Assembly (NCBI GenBank): GCA_000091165.1
Contig: FP565575.1
Location: 1,830,001-1,862,000 of the forward strand
Reading direction: 5' to 3'
Length of the DNA stretch: 32,000 nucleotides
Source of the DNA: Candidatus Methylomirabilis oxygeniifera
GTDB taxonomy: Bacteria > Methylomirabilota > Methylomirabilia > Methylomirabilales > Methylomirabilaceae
The notes beneath the pieces are model-generated. The model was not told the origin of the DNA, did no database searches, and saw only the letters and a program-made list of their open reading frames with translations. Positions 30,123 through 32,000 of this stretch are shown in pieces. A program made the position numbers and the translations under genes. The first letter of the stretch is position 1. The number at the start of each line of letters is the position of its first letter.

Positions 30123-31066
30123 AAACGGATTTACGCGTCACCGTTGCGGGCATTCGTATGCAGAACCCTGTGATGACCGCCTCCGGGACCTTCGGCTATG
30201 CTCAGGAGTTCGAACCGTTCCTGGACCTCTCTCGTCTGGGCGCCATCGTCGTCAAGACCATCACGCGTGCGCCGCGGGCTGGGAATCCGCCGCCTCGCGT
30301 CGTCGAGACCCCAGCCGGGATGCTCAACGCCATCGGTCTGCAGAATGTCGGCGTGCAGGCGTTCGTCGAGGAGAAACTCCCCTACCTCAGAACGTTGGGT
30401 CCGCCTGTCATTGTGAATATCGCCGGCGAGTCGATCGAGGATTACGTTGAGCTGGCAAAGAGGCTCAGCGATCACGAAGGCATTAGCGGGTTCGAGCTAA
30501 ACATCTCCTGTCCCAACGTGGCCGACGGCCTGATCTTCGGCTGCAATGCGGCGTTGGCTCATCAATTGGTCGCTAAAGTTCGACAGGCCACGCCCCTCCC
30601 CCTTATTCCCAAACTGTCCCCGAACGTCACCGATGCGGTGGAGATTGCGCGGGCGCTGGCGGATGCCGGGGCCGACGCGCTTTCCCTCATTAACACGCTG
30701 ATCGGTATGGCCATCGACGTGCGAACCCGGCGACCGAAGCTCGGCAACGTCACCGGCGGGCTCTCCGGTCCGGCCATCCGGCCTGTTGCGGTCCGAATGG
30801 TATGGGAGGTGGCGCGCGCAGTGAAGCTCCCGCTCATCGGGATGGGCGGGATCATGACGGCCGACGACGCACTGGAGTTCCTGATCGCCGGCGCCACGGC
30901 CGTCGCGGTCGGGACGGCGAACTTTACCTCGCCGAGCAGTACGGAACGAGTCATTGATGGGATCGAAGCGTATCTAATCGACCACAAGGTCAAACGTGTG
31001 ACCGATCTCATCGGCTCCCTGGATCTGACCGGCACCGCCCGCGAGGTCACTGAATGGTCACGTTGA
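30119..31066 (+). CDS. pyrD: Dihydroorotate dehydrogenase catalytic subunit (class 1B-like)
   Basis: 'NPVMTASGTFGYAQEF', 'GFELNISCPNVADG' (catalytic Cys), 'INTLIGMAIDVRTRRPKLGNVTGGLSGPAI', 'GMGGIMTADDALEFLIAGATAVAVGTANF'. The GTG start at 30119 overlaps the preceding TGA. Confidence 0.95.
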   Translation: MKTDLRVTVAGIRMQNPVMTASGTFGYAQEFEPFLDLSRLGAIVVKTITRAPRAGNPPPRVVETPAGMLNAIGLQNVGVQAFVEEKLPYLRTLGPPVIVNIAGESIEDYVELAKRLSDHEGISGFELNISCPNVADGLIFGCNAALAHQLVAKVRQATPLPLIPKLSPNVTDAVEIARALADAGADALSLINTLIGMAIDVRTRRPKLGNVTGGLSGPAIRPVAVRMVWEVARAVKLPLIGMGGIMTADDALEFLIAGATAVAVGTANFTSPSSTERVIDGIEAYLIDHKVKRVTDLIGSLDLTGTAREVTEWSR

Positions 31067-31728
31067 GACCGGCAAAAGGCGATATTCGTACTGCCACCCC
31101 TGCCACCGCGAAAAAGATCCTCACCATTCTTGAGGAGACCTACCCCGATGCGCATGTGACGCTGGACTTCGAGAACCCGTTCCAATTGCTGATCGCCACG
31201 ATCCTGGCGGCCCAGTGTACCGACGAGCGGGTGAATCAGGTCACGAAGGGGCTGTTCGAACGGTATCCGACACCGAAGGCGTTTGCTGAGGCCGATCCGG
31301 TCGAGTTGGAGGAGGCGATCCGATCGACGGGATTTTACCGCAACAAGGCCAGGAGCATCATCGGCTGCTGCAAGAAACTGGTCGAGGAGTTCGGCGGTCA
31401 GGTGCCGCAGACCATGGAGGAGCTCATCACGCTGTCAGGCGTCTGGCGCAAAACCGCCAACATCGTCCTGGGCAATGCCCTGGGCATCACTGCCGGGATC
31501 GCGGTGGACACTCATGTCATACGGGTAGCCAACCGTCTGGGCCTGGCACAAAGCGACAAGCCGGATGAGATCGAGCAACAGCTCTGCCGGATCATCCCTA
31601 AGGAAAAGTGGATCCCCTTGACTCACCTGCTCGTCTTCCACGGTCGGCGCATCTGCATGGCCAGGAAACCAGATTGCCCCCGCTGCCCCGTCCGCCACCT
31701 CTGCCCCTGGCCCGACAAAACTCTCTAA
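31054..31728 (+). CDS. nth: Endonuclease III
   Basis: 'NPFQLLIATILAAQCTDERVN', HhH 'LSGVWRKTANIVLGNAL', 'VDTHVIRVANRLGL', 4Fe-4S cysteines 'CMARKPDCPRCPVRHLC'. Confidence 0.95.
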   Translation: MVTLRPAKGDIRTATPATAKKILTILEETYPDAHVTLDFENPFQLLIATILAAQCTDERVNQVTKGLFERYPTPKAFAEADPVELEEAIRSTGFYRNKARSIIGCCKKLVEEFGGQVPQTMEELITLSGVWRKTANIVLGNALGITAGIAVDTHVIRVANRLGLAQSDKPDEIEQQLCRIIPKEKWIPLTHLLVFHGRRICMARKPDCPRCPVRHLCPWPDKTL

Positions 31729-31826
31729 CCTCACGCAATAGCTCGGTTCGTTAGGTTAAGGTATATGCGCTATGATACTGGCAAGCAACATCAGATAGGA
31801 TAAAAGAAGATCGAGGGACTAACTCA

Positions 31827-32000
31827 ATGGTCGGCGAAATCGAAGCGATCCTGGATGCGCTGAATCGGGCCCGCGTGCGCTATCTGGTCGTGGGGGGTGT
31901 GGCAGTAGTACTGCACGGATACCTCCGGACCACGGCTGATCTCGACCTGGTCATCCAACTCGACCGGGACAATCTGCTAAGAGCGATTCGCGCCCTGCAG
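31827..32000 (+). CDS. Nucleotidyltransferase-like protein, truncated by the window edge
   Basis: Own translation: 'MVGEIEAILDALNRARVRYLVVGGVAVVLHGYLRTTADLDLVIQLDRDNLLRAIRALQ', with GG...HG..R.T.DLDL nucleotidyltransferase-fold motif. Still open at 32000. Confidence 0.65.
   Translation, partial: MVGEIEAILDALNRARVRYLVVGGVAVVLHGYLRTTADLDLVIQLDRDNLLRAIRALQ

Noticed and set aside
31728-31760. TAACCT...AGGTTA inverted repeat after nth
   Set aside because: Short 6-bp arms with a long loop and no T-run. Insufficient evidence for a terminator.

Overview
The window is a high-GC bacterial chromosome segment, almost entirely protein-coding. I found no rRNA, tRNA, CRISPR array, prophage or transposase. 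Left to right it carries: a GAF/PAS hybrid histidine kinase; a HemW-like radical SAM/alpha-beta hydrolase fusion; mqnD; an rpsU + RRM-protein pair; an AI-2E family transporter; a plant-type asparaginase; an M48 (Ste24-like) protease; a TPR protein; an HlyD/ABC-ATPase/ABC-permease exporter set; ligA; two small ORFs; and a long pyrimidine operon, pyrR-pyrB-pyrC-carA-(O-methyltransferase)-carB-pyrK-pabB-pabC-like-pyrD-nth. A nucleotidyltransferase-like ORF is cut off by the right edge. The strongest non-coding signals are (1) a compact pyr leader at 18575-18749 with a near-consensus promoter, a PyrR-binding-loop-like hairpin, a 27-codon leader ORF spanning an intrinsic terminator, and a probable CTG start for pyrR, and (2) degenerate heptanucleotide tandem repeats, plus a 46-bp palindrome, apparently inserted in frame in the essential genes carA and pyrK and at the carB/pyrK junction. 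The gene content is compatible with an NC10/Methylomirabilis-like or similar environmental lineage, but I cannot establish the taxonomy from the sequence alone.
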